Assembly: GCA_050260175.1 (NCBI GenBank)
Contig: JBLNBS010000156.1
Coordinates: forward strand, 6,098-70,097
Length of the DNA stretch: 64,000 nucleotides
From: Patescibacteria group bacterium
GTDB lineage: Bacteria > Bacillota > UBA4882 > JAAYXC01
Direction: 5' to 3'
Shown: one piece after another, positions 17,473-26,173 of the stretch
Position numbering within the stretch: the first letter of the stretch is position 1
How the letters are laid out: each line of letters starts with the position of its first letter
Made by a program: the position numbers and the translations under genes
Notes under the pieces: model-generated
What the model was told of the DNA's origin: nothing
The model's database searches: none
Seen by the model: the letters and a program-made list of their open reading frames with translations, nothing else

Positions 17473-17895
17473 CGATTCCCCGTCATCCCCGGTAATCTCC
17501 AACTCCTCCCTCAAAGTCCCCTTCCGATGGTGCATTTCCTGGTCAAGAACGTAATCCGTCACGTCTTGTTGGTCGCCGGGCGAGACGGTGAAAAGGCCGT
17601 AGCCGCTCTGCCAGGCGAATCCGCCGTTCGGCTCGGCCACATGGTTGACCCAGTGCGAGCTGGCGCCTTTCAGGTTGCCGATAAACTCAGCCACGGCGAG
17701 CCGCGGCGGGATGAAGACCAAACAATGAACGTGATTCGCTATGCCTCCCACGGCATAGGGGATGCCGTCCATCTGCCGGATCTTGGTTTTCATGTAATCA
17801 TGCAGCGCGCCCCGGTAGTGTTCGCCGATCAGCTTCTCCCGCATCTTTGTGCTCCAGACCACGTGGTACAATAGGCGGCAGAATTGCTTGGGCAC
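17461..17895 (-). CDS. IS200/IS605-family Y1 (HUH) transposase, RAYT-like
   Basis: YHVVWSTKMREKLI N-terminal motif. HUH motif HVHCLV. C-terminal catalytic Tyr motif YVLDQEMHH. 144 aa. Confidence 0.9.
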   Translation of the reverse strand: MPKQFCRLLYHVVWSTKMREKLIGEHYRGALHDYMKTKIRQMDGIPYAVGGIANHVHCLVFIPPRLAVAEFIGNLKGASSHWVNHVAEPNGGFAWQSGYGLFTVSPGDQQDVTDYVLDQEMHHRKGTLREELEITGDDGESTPA

Positions 17896-17938
17896 GATCG
17901 ATACCCCTCTCCCCCGCCTTCCATGGATTTATTCCATT

Positions 17939-18110
17939 TCCCCGGGTTGAAACCCGGGGCGGCTTTGGTACGTCCGTGTACGTCGCTCGCCCTTTAGCCC
18001 TTCCTGGGCGGGGGCGGCTTTGGTACGTCCGTGTACGTCGCCGCTTTTATGCCCATCCTGGGCGGGGCTAATCTCACCAACCCATCCATAGGCCGGCGTC
18101 AGCCCATAAC
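17939..18110 (+). repeat. REP array (H, G, G, internally deleted L, T)
   Basis: Near-identical to 16241-16478 except for a deletion inside module L (CCATCCAT|AGGCCGGCGTC). Confidence 0.9.
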
Positions 18111-18276
18111 ATCCTCGCGGGTCGCGAGTCAGCCGCTCACCCCGGTGTTTGAGATACCACCACTCTCTTACATAAAAGCGAGTGGCCTCATTTGCTTACG
18201 ATCTCGGTTCTCGCTTGCGCAAAAGGCCGCGGGACTCAAGATGCTCCCTGGCCAAACGGTTGAGAATGGCAAATAA

Positions 18277-19707
18277 TTACCCTCGTCCCATCTCCACCCC
18301 GGCGATCCCCAGCCGCTCGCATTCACGCCGCCATTCCTCGCGGGACAGCCGGCCGGCAACCGCGTCCTCGACCATCGCGTGAGGGTCGATGTCCCTGCCG
18401 CCGATCTCGACCAGGATCGGCTCCCCCGGCATGGCATGCGGCCGTCCACCCTTCCTGGCCAGGGCCAGGCCGAACGCCATACCAAGCGTCTGTAGGGCAA
18501 GCTCGCTCGCCTTCGCCTCGGGCAGGTTGGGCGAGAGGAGACGGCCCAGCCGCGCCAGGTCCCCGGCCAAACCCGGGATGGACTCGGGCGTCAAGCCCCT
18601 GAGGATGGCCGCCCGCTCGCGGACGCACCTTTCCCACCCCGTGACAAAGACCTTACCCGGTAGTTCCTCCCAGGCCACGGCCTGCAGGAGCCGGCCGTCC
18701 GCGATGTAATTGGCAAAGAGCTCCGCCTCAAGCCCGGGCACATTCTCGAGCAGAGTGGCGGCGCTGGCCGTGTCGTCCTTCAAGTCGCCGGGAGGCAGGT
18801 GCCTGACGGCCATGATCCGTTCCTGGTCCGAGGGATGCGTGTCATAGGGGCCGGCCGACGGCACGAGGGCCGGGGTGCGGGCCAGCGCCGCCGCCACGCG
18901 CGGCGCCCGCAGATATCGGCTGAAACCCTCGGCATACGGCGGCCGGAACCCCGCTTCCAGCACCGGCGCCATCTCCTCCTGCCAATAACTGCGGATCGCC
19001 CAGGCCATGTGGCGTATGGGGATCCGGCGCTCGATCGCCGCCCGCGAGCCCGCGTAGCGCGCGGCCAGGACATCGGCCGCTAGTTCCTGCTCGCGTTTTA
19101 TGGCGGAGGTGGTGCGGAGGAAGAACCGCCCATACCAGACAAAGGGCCAGCGCAGCGCCGAACCCCGCCGACTTAGACCCGCCAGGGTTCGCTCGATTCG
19201 ATCGCGGGTCTTGAAGATCCAGGGGCCCAGCGCGACATCGCCGCCGCAAAAATGGCCGAACTCATGGGCGATGACGGCGCGGAACTGGGAGACCGTCAAC
19301 TCCTGGACCATGAGCAGGCCGAGGAACATCACCCGGCGGGCGCCGATCCCCATCCATCCCCCGTAGTGAGCCACCCCGGCATTGTAATCCGCCGTCAGGT
19401 AGATCTCGGACGGCAAAGGCTGCCGCAGAGCCTCCGCGACCCGCCGGATCTCGGCAAAGAGCCGTGGATGCTCGGACGGCTTCAATACCGGTCCCGGCGG
19501 CACGAATCGATCCCACCGGGGGATGATGGACCAGAGGATCGTGAGCGCGCCGGCCGCGCAGAGAAGAGCGGACCGGGCGTGGATCCGTCCGGCATAAACG
19601 TATTGAGCGTAGGGGATGTACAGCAACAGGCCCGCCAGGCCCAGGGCCAGGAGGTAGAAACCGGAGACGAGGAGTAGCACCAGAAAAGCGCGGGCGGCCA
19701 GTTTCAT
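18277..19707 (-). CDS. Membrane-anchored M48-family zinc metallopeptidase
   Basis: HEXXH motif in VIAHEFGHF with a downstream E (REQELAAD). Two N-terminal TM segments. Long C-terminal extension of unknown function. Confidence 0.8.
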   Translation of the reverse strand: MKLAARAFLVLLLVSGFYLLALGLAGLLLYIPYAQYVYAGRIHARSALLCAAGALTILWSIIPRWDRFVPPGPVLKPSEHPRLFAEIRRVAEALRQPLPSEIYLTADYNAGVAHYGGWMGIGARRVMFLGLLMVQELTVSQFRAVIAHEFGHFCGGDVALGPWIFKTRDRIERTLAGLSRRGSALRWPFVWYGRFFLRTTSAIKREQELAADVLAARYAGSRAAIERRIPIRHMAWAIRSYWQEEMAPVLEAGFRPPYAEGFSRYLRAPRVAAALARTPALVPSAGPYDTHPSDQERIMAVRHLPPGDLKDDTASAATLLENVPGLEAELFANYIADGRLLQAVAWEELPGKVFVTGWERCVRERAAILRGLTPESIPGLAGDLARLGRLLSPNLPEAKASELALQTLGMAFGLALARKGGRPHAMPGEPILVEIGGRDIDPHAMVEDAVAGRLSREEWRRECERLGIAGVEMGRG

Positions 19708-19899
19708 GGGGATTCCCCTTTCACGGCGCCAATCGTGCGCAAATTACGCGAACTTTCGCCACATTTCCCTTGGTTTCCTGCCAAAAGGAAGCGGAAACGA
19801 CGCCATCGCATATGCCGGGCGGCGGCAGGATTTGCGACCGCGGCGGTGTAATCCTAAGCTCCGTGGCAAAATCCAGATCGGCACGACACGGAGGTACAG

Positions 19900-20766
19900 A
19901 TGCGCACCAGACCCGAATGCCTGCCCTGCTCGCTCCGGCAGATCGTTACCATCGCGGACCGCGTGACCAGGGACGATGACCTGCGGATGGATCTCCTCCG
20001 CCGGGGTATGAGGTACCTCGGGGAAGCCTCCCCGGAGCGCACCCCGGCCGAGCTCTCCACGGATCTCTTTCACCTCGTGGCGGAGGCCCTGGGTTCGCCC
20101 GACCCCTACGGCCCGGAAAAGGAACGCTACAACCGGGAAGCGATGGCCCTCTATCCCGTTCTGCGAAAGACCATCGCGGACAGCGCGGACCCGCTGCACA
20201 CGGCCGTGCTGGTCTCCGTGGCCGGCAACCTGATCGACCTCGGCATCCTGGCGCCCGTGGCCGTGGAGGAGGCGGTTGCAGGGATCTTAAAGAAGGGCCT
20301 GGCCCGCAATGACCTGGCGGCGCTCCGCGAGGATCTGGCCCGGGCGGAGAGCCTGCTCTTCGTGGGTGACAACGCGGGGGAGATCGCCTTTGACCGGCTG
20401 CTCGTCGAGGAGATCAGGCGGGAGTATCCGGCGGTCGCGGTCACCTTTGCCGTCAAGAGCGGCCCCTGCATGAACGACGCCACGCGGGCCGATGCCGAGG
20501 CGGTCGGGATGGGGGAGATCGCGGCGGTGATCGAGACCGGCGGGGCGCACCTTGGCGCGCCGCGGGCGGGCCTCTCGCCCGCCTTCCGGGAGGCCTTCCG
20601 CCGGGCCGGCGCCGTCATCGCCAAGGGCCACGCCAACTACGAGACCCTGGACGAGCAGCCCCGCCCAGCCCTCTACTTCCTCCTCACGGTCAAATGCGCC
20701 GTCGTGGCCGCGGCGCTCGGGGTGCGGGAGGGCGACTCCGTGCTGGCCGGGGCGGCCGCCCGCTGA
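19900..20766 (+). CDS. DUF89 (ARMT1-like damage-control phosphatase family) protein
   Basis: N-terminal CLPC motif, FVGDNAGEIAFD, AKGHANYETL, about 288 aa. Confidence 0.75.
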   Translation: MRTRPECLPCSLRQIVTIADRVTRDDDLRMDLLRRGMRYLGEASPERTPAELSTDLFHLVAEALGSPDPYGPEKERYNREAMALYPVLRKTIADSADPLHTAVLVSVAGNLIDLGILAPVAVEEAVAGILKKGLARNDLAALREDLARAESLLFVGDNAGEIAFDRLLVEEIRREYPAVAVTFAVKSGPCMNDATRADAEAVGMGEIAAVIETGGAHLGAPRAGLSPAFREAFRRAGAVIAKGHANYETLDEQPRPALYFLLTVKCAVVAAALGVREGDSVLAGAAAR

Positions 20767-21575
20767 TGCGACCCGTGCTTGCGGCCAACTACTCCGCGGC
20801 GCTCGCGGGGCTCTTGGCGGAGGAGCCCGGCATCGTGGACGCGGTCAAGGTCTCCGAGTTCAACCCGGAGTACCTGCAGGACTACCGTCTCCTTCGCGCG
20901 GCCAAACCCCTCATCCTCCACGGTCTGGCCCAAGGGGCGATGCCGGGCAACCCCGGGTTTCGGGCCGTCTTCGATCCGGAGATCCTTGAGGCGGCGATCC
21001 GTGAAACCGGTCCCGCCTACCTCTCCGTCCACCTCGAATACTGGGCGGACGGCGGTCAAGAACAAGGCCGCGAGGCGTATCTCTCCCGTCTCGCGGAGGA
21101 TCTGACCCTGCTGCGCGCGACGACCGGCCTCCCAATCCACCTGGAAAACGCGCACGCTATGCGGCCCGAACCGGGCGGGCTTTGCCTCGCGGCTTTTGTC
21201 ACCGATCCTGGTTTCATCACCCATGCCTTGGATGCGACCGGTTCGCGGTTCCTGCTGGACTTGGCCCACGCCCGGATCACCGCCTGGCACCTCGGGGTGC
21301 CCCTCCGCTCATACCTGCGCGATCTGCCTCTCCACCTCGTGGACGAGGTCCACCTCGTCGGGGTGGAGGAGATCGCCGGCGAGCCGCGCGATAAACACGC
21401 GGAGATGGGCGGGGAAGACTACGCGCTCCTCTCAGCGCTGCTGCAGGAGACCCCCGTGCGAACCGTCACGCTGGAGTACGGCGGCGTCGGCCCGCTTTTC
21501 GCGGCGCGATCCGACCGCGACGCCCTGCGCCGCCAGCTCCTGAGGCTGCGGGAGATCTGCGAGAGATCAGCCTGA
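20766..21575 (+). CDS. DUF692-like TIM-barrel protein (MbnB/TglH-type multinuclear non-heme iron enzyme family), divergent
   Basis: ATGA overlap with the DUF89 stop. The motif order SVHLEY ... PIHLEN ... LLDLAH ... EVHLVG ... DKHAEM ... TLEYGG parallels the DUF692 metal-ligand blocks as I recall them. Confidence 0.5.
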   Translation: MRPVLAANYSAALAGLLAEEPGIVDAVKVSEFNPEYLQDYRLLRAAKPLILHGLAQGAMPGNPGFRAVFDPEILEAAIRETGPAYLSVHLEYWADGGQEQGREAYLSRLAEDLTLLRATTGLPIHLENAHAMRPEPGGLCLAAFVTDPGFITHALDATGSRFLLDLAHARITAWHLGVPLRSYLRDLPLHLVDEVHLVGVEEIAGEPRDKHAEMGGEDYALLSALLQETPVRTVTLEYGGVGPLFAARSDRDALRRQLLRLREICERSA

Positions 21576-21606
21576 TGCCGCGCGCTGAAGCGGGTTGCCT
21601 TTCGAT

Positions 21607-21631
21607 CCACCAAGGGTTATACTATTGGTGG
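21607..21631 (+). promoter_or_regulatory. Palindromic operator overlapping a -10-like box upstream of the antitoxin gene
   Basis: CCACCAA-GGGTTATACTA-TTGGTGG. The TATACT lies inside the loop. It sits 18 nt upstream of the GTG start. Confidence 0.5.
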
Positions 21632-21648
21632 AAAGGATGGTATGAACA

Positions 21649-21900
21649 GTGCCCAACATCAAGACCGCGGTTTCTTTGCCCGGCCCTCTCTTTACCAAGG
21701 CGGAACGCCTGGCCAAGGAATTGAAGATCTCGCGCAGCCGGCTCTTCGCGCTGGCGTTGGAGGACTTTCTGGCGGCGCGGGAAAACGCCGCCCTCCTCTC
21801 GCGGATCAACGCCGTTCATGACGAAGCGGGCGACGGGGACGATTCTTACCAGGCACGGAGGAAGGATGCCCACCGGCGGCTGGTGAGGGGTGAATGGTGA
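21649..21900 (+). CDS. Ribbon-helix-helix (CopG/MazE-type) antitoxin
   Basis: IKTAVSLPGPLFTKAERLAKELKISRSRLFALALEDFL is an RHH fold pattern. Acidic/disordered tail. Overlaps the toxin gene by 7 nt. Confidence 0.75.
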   Translation: MPNIKTAVSLPGPLFTKAERLAKELKISRSRLFALALEDFLAARENAALLSRINAVHDEAGDGDDSYQARRKDAHRRLVRGEW

Positions 21901-22268
21901 TCGCGCAGGGCGATGTCTACTGGATCGACCTGGGGCCGCCCGAGGGCTCGGGGCCCGGCTACCTGCATCCCCACGTCGTGGTCCAGAACAATCTCTTCAG
22001 CGGCAGCTCGATCCGGACCGTGGTGGTATGCGCGTTGACCTCGAACCTGCGGTTCGCCAACTCCCCGGGGAACGTGCTCCTGGAACCGGGGGAGGCGGGG
22101 TTGCCCAAACAGAGCGTCGTGAATGTAACCCAGATCTTCACCGTTGACAAGCGGGACCTCAGGGAAAAGATCGGCTCGCTCTCGCCGCAGAGGGTGGGGG
22201 AGATCCTGGACGGGATCAAGCTGGTGCTGGAACCGAGGGAGGTGAGAGGGTCTCGCTCTCTCGGTTAA
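21894..22268 (+). CDS. mazF: MazF/PemK-family endoribonuclease toxin
   Basis: GDVYWIDLGPPEGSGPGYLHPHVVVQNN...VVVCALTSN...NVLLEPGEAGLPKQSVVNVTQIFTVDKRDL. Confidence 0.85.
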   Translation: MVIAQGDVYWIDLGPPEGSGPGYLHPHVVVQNNLFSGSSIRTVVVCALTSNLRFANSPGNVLLEPGEAGLPKQSVVNVTQIFTVDKRDLREKIGSLSPQRVGEILDGIKLVLEPREVRGSRSLG

Positions 22269-22353
22269 GCTTCTTCGATCAACCTTTGCTCCCTCTGGGA
22301 GAAAGAGGGCTTCTTCGTCGATCCACCCCGACAGTTCCACGGCTGCAAAGGTG

Positions 22354-22929
22354 TCAACGCATCCCGCAGCACTCCTCGAGAAAATACCTGTGCAGCCGCG
22401 CGTCCTCCGTCAGCTCCGGGTGGAAGGCGGCCGCCAGGCAGCGCCCCTGCCTCACGAGGACGATGCGCCCCTCGTGGCGCGCCAGGATCTCAACCCCCGG
22501 CCCGGCCGCGAGCACCTCCGGCCCGCGGATGAAGACGGCCCGCAGGGGCTCGGGCCCCAGGGCGGGCACGTCCAGATCGGTCTCAAAGCTGTCGACCTGG
22601 CGGCCGAAGGCGTTGCGCCTGACGGTCATGTCGATCAGGCCGAGCCGCGGCTGGTCCGAGCTCTCGATGTAGGACGCCAGCAGGATCAACCCCGTGCAGG
22701 TGCCAAAGATCGCCATGCCGGCCCGTGCCTTTTCCTTTACCGGCTCGAGCATCCCGTAGCGGACGAGCAGCTTGCCCACGGTGGTGCTCTCCCCGCCGGG
22801 GATGACGAGCCCGTCCAGACCGGCGAGCGCGGCGGGCGTCTTGACCGGCCTGCCCTCGACGCCGCAACGCGCCAGAGCCCAGAGGTGTTCGCGGACCGCG
22901 CCCTGCAGGGCCAAGACGCCGATTTCCAC
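22354..22929 (-). CDS. pdxT: Pyridoxal 5'-phosphate synthase glutaminase subunit PdxT
   Basis: MEIGVLALQGAVREH..., GLVIPGGESTT, C-terminal AAFHPELT. Confidence 0.93.
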   Translation of the reverse strand: MEIGVLALQGAVREHLWALARCGVEGRPVKTPAALAGLDGLVIPGGESTTVGKLLVRYGMLEPVKEKARAGMAIFGTCTGLILLASYIESSDQPRLGLIDMTVRRNAFGRQVDSFETDLDVPALGPEPLRAVFIRGPEVLAAGPGVEILARHEGRIVLVRQGRCLAAAFHPELTEDARLHRYFLEECCGMR

Positions 22930-22932
22930 CGC

Positions 22933-23820
22933 CTACCAGCCCCGCCCCGCGATGCGTTCCTTGTCCGGCATGCCGCCGACGAAGGTGCCGCGCATGGGCT
23001 CGCCGATGCCCCGCGAAATCTCGGCCAGGAGCGCGGGGTCGTCGTGATGCGTGGTAGCTTCCACGATGGCCTTGGCCCGGGCCGCGGGATTGTCGGACTT
23101 GAAGATGCCGGAGCCGACGAAGACGCCGTCGCAGCCGAGCTGCATCATGAGGGCCGCGTCCGCGGGCGTGGCGATGCCTCCCGCGGCAAAATTGACCACC
23201 GGCAGCCGGCCCAGGCGCTTGACCTCGAGCAGGAGCTCGTACGGGGCGCCCAGTTCCTTGGCCATGGTCATGAGCTCCTCGGCGGGCGCGTTCTGGACGG
23301 CGCGGATCTCCTCCATGACCGTGCGCACGTGCCGGACCGCCTCGACCACGTCGCCGGTGCCCGCCTCACCCTTGGTCCTGATCATCGCCGCCCCCTCGCC
23401 GATGCGGCGCAGGGCTTCGCCCAGGTTGCGCGCGCCGCAGACAAAGGGGACCGTGAACCGGTGCTTGTCGATGTGGTACCGCTCGTCCGCCGGCGTCAGG
23501 ACCTCGCTCTCGTCGATGTAGTCCACGCCCATGGCCTCCAGGATCCGGGCCTCGACGAAGTGGCCGATCCTGCACTTGGCCATGACCGGGATGCTGACGG
23601 CGTCCATGATCCGCTGGACGATCTCCGGGTCCGCCATGCGGGCCACACCCCCGGCGGCCCTGATGTCGGCGGGGACGCGTTCGAGGGCCATGACCGAGAC
23701 CGCGCCGGCCTCCTCGGCGATCTTGGCCTGTTCCGGCGTGGTGACGTCCATGATGACGCCGCCCTTTAACATCTCGGCCAAGCCCGACTTGACGGTCAAC
23801 GTGCCTTTTTCGGCCATCAC
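22933..23820 (-). CDS. pdxS: Pyridoxal 5'-phosphate synthase lyase subunit PdxS
   Basis: [46 protein letters not shown] and FVGSGIFKS. Confidence 0.95.
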   Translation of the reverse strand: MMAEKGTLTVKSGLAEMLKGGVIMDVTTPEQAKIAEEAGAVSVMALERVPADIRAAGGVARMADPEIVQRIMDAVSIPVMAKCRIGHFVEARILEAMGVDYIDESEVLTPADERYHIDKHRFTVPFVCGARNLGEALRRIGEGAAMIRTKGEAGTGDVVEAVRHVRTVMEEIRAVQNAPAEELMTMAKELGAPYELLLEVKRLGRLPVVNFAAGGIATPADAALMMQLGCDGVFVGSGIFKSDNPAARAKAIVEATTHHDDPALLAEISRGIGEPMRGTFVGGMPDKERIAGRGW

Positions 23821-24051
23821 GCATTCCCCCCGGCATTTGCCATGGTTTGTAACCTATTTTACACCACCGTGCCTGTACGCGCAATCCACCGCCGTCGCCC
23901 CGGCGCACATAAAGGAGAATGCATTTTCCTGCCGAACCATGTCTTGGGAAGAAAGATGCGAGAGGTGGGGAAAGGCGGAATCTCTTCGTGGAATCCCCGT
24001 CGGATGACCTTTGCCATATAAGCGGACTTGACCCAATAGGAGGTTTTGGCG

Positions 24052-25098
24052 ATGAAGCGCTTGCTCGGCATCCTTCTCGGCCTGCTGCTCGTCCTGGCGC
24101 CGGCCCACGCGGTTCTGGCAGATGCTGTTCTGGCAGATTTCGGCGACGAGCTCGGCGTGGGCGCCCGCGCCCTGGCCATGGGCGGGGCCTTTGTCGCCGT
24201 GGCCGACGACGGCACGGCGGCGTACTGGAATCCGGCCGGCATCACCCAGCTAAAGGTCTTCGGCCTCACGCCCTCCATCTTCCTGGCCGGAGACTGGATG
24301 GACTTCTCCATGGACATCGGCGAGCAGTGGCCGCCCAATCTGGGCAATCTCGATCTGCAGCTCGGCGGGATGTTCGGGGTCAACTTCAGCCACGTCGGTT
24401 TATCGCTGCTCGTCTTCGCCGACGGCTGGAGCGTCTACCAGGATGGCCCGAGCATCGACATGAGCGGGGGTTACGTGGAGGTCTGGGCGGCCGGCATGGT
24501 CACCCTGGCGGCGGAGTTCACGGACTTTTTGTCGGTCGGCGTCAATCTCAAGTATATCTATGGCCAGGACCTCTACTTCTCCGGCCACGGCATTCCCGGG
24601 GACGTAGGCTCCCAGGACGGCCACTATTCCATGGGCGAAGCCACGGGCTACGCCGCCGACGCTGGCGTCATGCTCAAGCTCGGCAAGCTCTTCCGGCTCG
24701 GCGCCGTCGTTCAGAACTACGGCCGGGTCGACTGGACAGACCAGAATTATCGTCCCGACGGCTCGGAGAGCGGCCCCCCTTCCGATACCGTGGAGGAACT
24801 CACGCCCATCCTCCATGTGGGCCTGGCCTTCCAGCCGCCCGTCATCGGCACCCTGATCGCGGTCCAGGCGGACAGACCGCTCGAGGGCGGAGACATCAAG
24901 TACCGGATCGGCATCGAGCAGAGCATCCTCATTCTGAAGCTGCGCGCGGGCGCCATCATGGAGGAGGATTTCGCCGTCGATTACTACACGGCGGGTCTCG
25001 GCCTCAAGCTCGGCCCGGTGGTTCTCGACCTGGCGGCCATGGCCGACGCCGGCCTGAACCTGGAAGCAGCCGTGCTGACGGCGGGATTTACCTTCTAA
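24052..25098 (+). CDS. Outer-membrane beta-barrel candidate (PorV/FadL-like N-terminal motif)
   Basis: Signal peptide MKRLLGILLGLLLVLAPAHA. GVGARALAMGGAFVAVADDGTAAYWNPAGI motif. Alternating beta pattern. C-terminus ...VLTAGFTF ends in Phe. Confidence 0.6.
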   Translation: MKRLLGILLGLLLVLAPAHAVLADAVLADFGDELGVGARALAMGGAFVAVADDGTAAYWNPAGITQLKVFGLTPSIFLAGDWMDFSMDIGEQWPPNLGNLDLQLGGMFGVNFSHVGLSLLVFADGWSVYQDGPSIDMSGGYVEVWAAGMVTLAAEFTDFLSVGVNLKYIYGQDLYFSGHGIPGDVGSQDGHYSMGEATGYAADAGVMLKLGKLFRLGAVVQNYGRVDWTDQNYRPDGSESGPPSDTVEELTPILHVGLAFQPPVIGTLIAVQADRPLEGGDIKYRIGIEQSILILKLRAGAIMEEDFAVDYYTAGLGLKLGPVVLDLAAMADAGLNLEAAVLTAGFTF

Positions 25099-25126
25099 CA
25101 AGTATTACCTGAGCAGTCTTTTACGC

Positions 25127-25158
25127 ATGCGGCGGTCGCGGGACCGCCGCATCTTTTT
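25127..25158 (+). terminator. Rho-independent terminator
   Basis: ATGCGGCGGTC-GCGG-GACCGCCGCAT 11-bp stem followed by CTTTTTGA. Confidence 0.75.
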
Positions 25159-25240
25159 GAAGGTTTCCAGCCGCTTTTGGCGAAAAGCACCGGAGGATGC
25201 CGATCGCGGCGGGGCGCACCGCGCCCGCCGGAGATCGCGC

Positions 25241-26173
25241 ATGGGGAAAGAGTGGTGCCAGACGAAAGCAAAACGCTACCTCCTGCTAGGAGGCGGAGCC
25301 CTTCTATTGGCCGCCGGCGTCATCGCCTTCCTTTTCCTGACGCGGCCGGCGCGGCCCCGCGCCAAACCGGCGGCGGCGCGCCTGGTCAGAACCACCAACA
25401 TCCTGATCATCGGCACGGACAAACCCACCATCGGCAAGAAGGGCACCGTGGAAAAACGCACCGACGTCCTGCTCCTGGCTTCCTGCGATCCGGGCAGGGG
25501 CAGGGTTGCTTTGCTTTCCATCCCCAGGGATACCCTGGTGGACATCCCGGGGCACGGGATGGACCGCATCAACGCCGCCAACGTCTATGGCGGCCTGGAA
25601 TTGACGAGACTGATGGTGGAAAAGCTCACCGGCCTGACGGTCCATAAGCACCTGGCCGTGGACTTCAACGCCTTTGTCGAGCTCGTGGATCTCCTGGGCG
25701 GCGTGGAGATCGAGGTGGACAAGCGCATGCACTACCGCGACAGCTCCCAGGGCCTCCTCATCGACCTGCGCAAGGGCCGCCAGGTCTTGAACGGCCGCCA
25801 GGCGCTGGGTTTCGTCAGGTACAGGCTCGATCCCATGGGCGACATCTCGAGGATACAGCGCCAGCAACGCCTCATTCAGGCGATCGTGGCCAAGGCCGCC
25901 AGGGAGCGCCTCTGGAACAAGATCATCGCCCTGTACCGGCTCAAGCGGCGCTATATCCGCACGGATCTCAACCTGATCGATCTTTACCGGCTCAAGAGTT
26001 TCAGCAGTTGCCTGAACGATCCGGCCGGGCTGGCCGGGTTCACCGTGCCGGGCTGGTTCGCCGGGCCGGCCTGGCGCGCCGATGCCAAATCCCTGGCCGC
26101 GTTGATCGCCCGCGAGTTCCGGCCGGTCCCGCCGAACGCGGCGACGAGAAAGGAGATGCCCGGTGCATCTTGA
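25241..26173 (+). CDS. LytR-CpsA-Psr (LCP) family protein
   Basis: N-terminal TM. NILIIGTD...RTDVLLLASC...LLSIPRDTLVDIPGHG...NGRQALGFVRYR. The ATG chosen lies downstream of the terminator at 25127. Confidence 0.88.
   Translation: MGKEWCQTKAKRYLLLGGGALLLAAGVIAFLFLTRPARPRAKPAAARLVRTTNILIIGTDKPTIGKKGTVEKRTDVLLLASCDPGRGRVALLSIPRDTLVDIPGHGMDRINAANVYGGLELTRLMVEKLTGLTVHKHLAVDFNAFVELVDLLGGVEIEVDKRMHYRDSSQGLLIDLRKGRQVLNGRQALGFVRYRLDPMGDISRIQRQQRLIQAIVAKAARERLWNKIIALYRLKRRYIRTDLNLIDLYRLKSFSSCLNDPAGLAGFTVPGWFAGPAWRADAKSLAALIAREFRPVPPNAATRKEMPGAS

Larger units (their letters stand above)
16241..18110. mobile_element. REPtron-like locus: Y1 transposase flanked by arrays of a modular hairpin repeat
   Basis: Repeat arrays at 16241-16478, 16966-17472 and 17939-18110 all lie in the same orientation around the transposase gene at 17461-17895. 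Confidence 0.75.

Noticed and set aside
16160-17495. Several 60-140-aa ORFs inside the REP arrays (16160-16588, 16323-16577, 17019-17261, 17056-17292, 17310-17495).
   Set aside because: They are translations of the repeated hairpin modules in both orientations, so the same peptide strings recur. They have no RBS and no coding-like composition.
16241-22300. Possibility that the whole 16-22 kb accessory stretch is a prophage or integrative island.
   Set aside because: There is no integrase, recombinase, phage structural gene or tRNA attachment site. Only the Y1 transposase and a TA pair are present. Composition is host-like apart from 16.5-16.96 kb.
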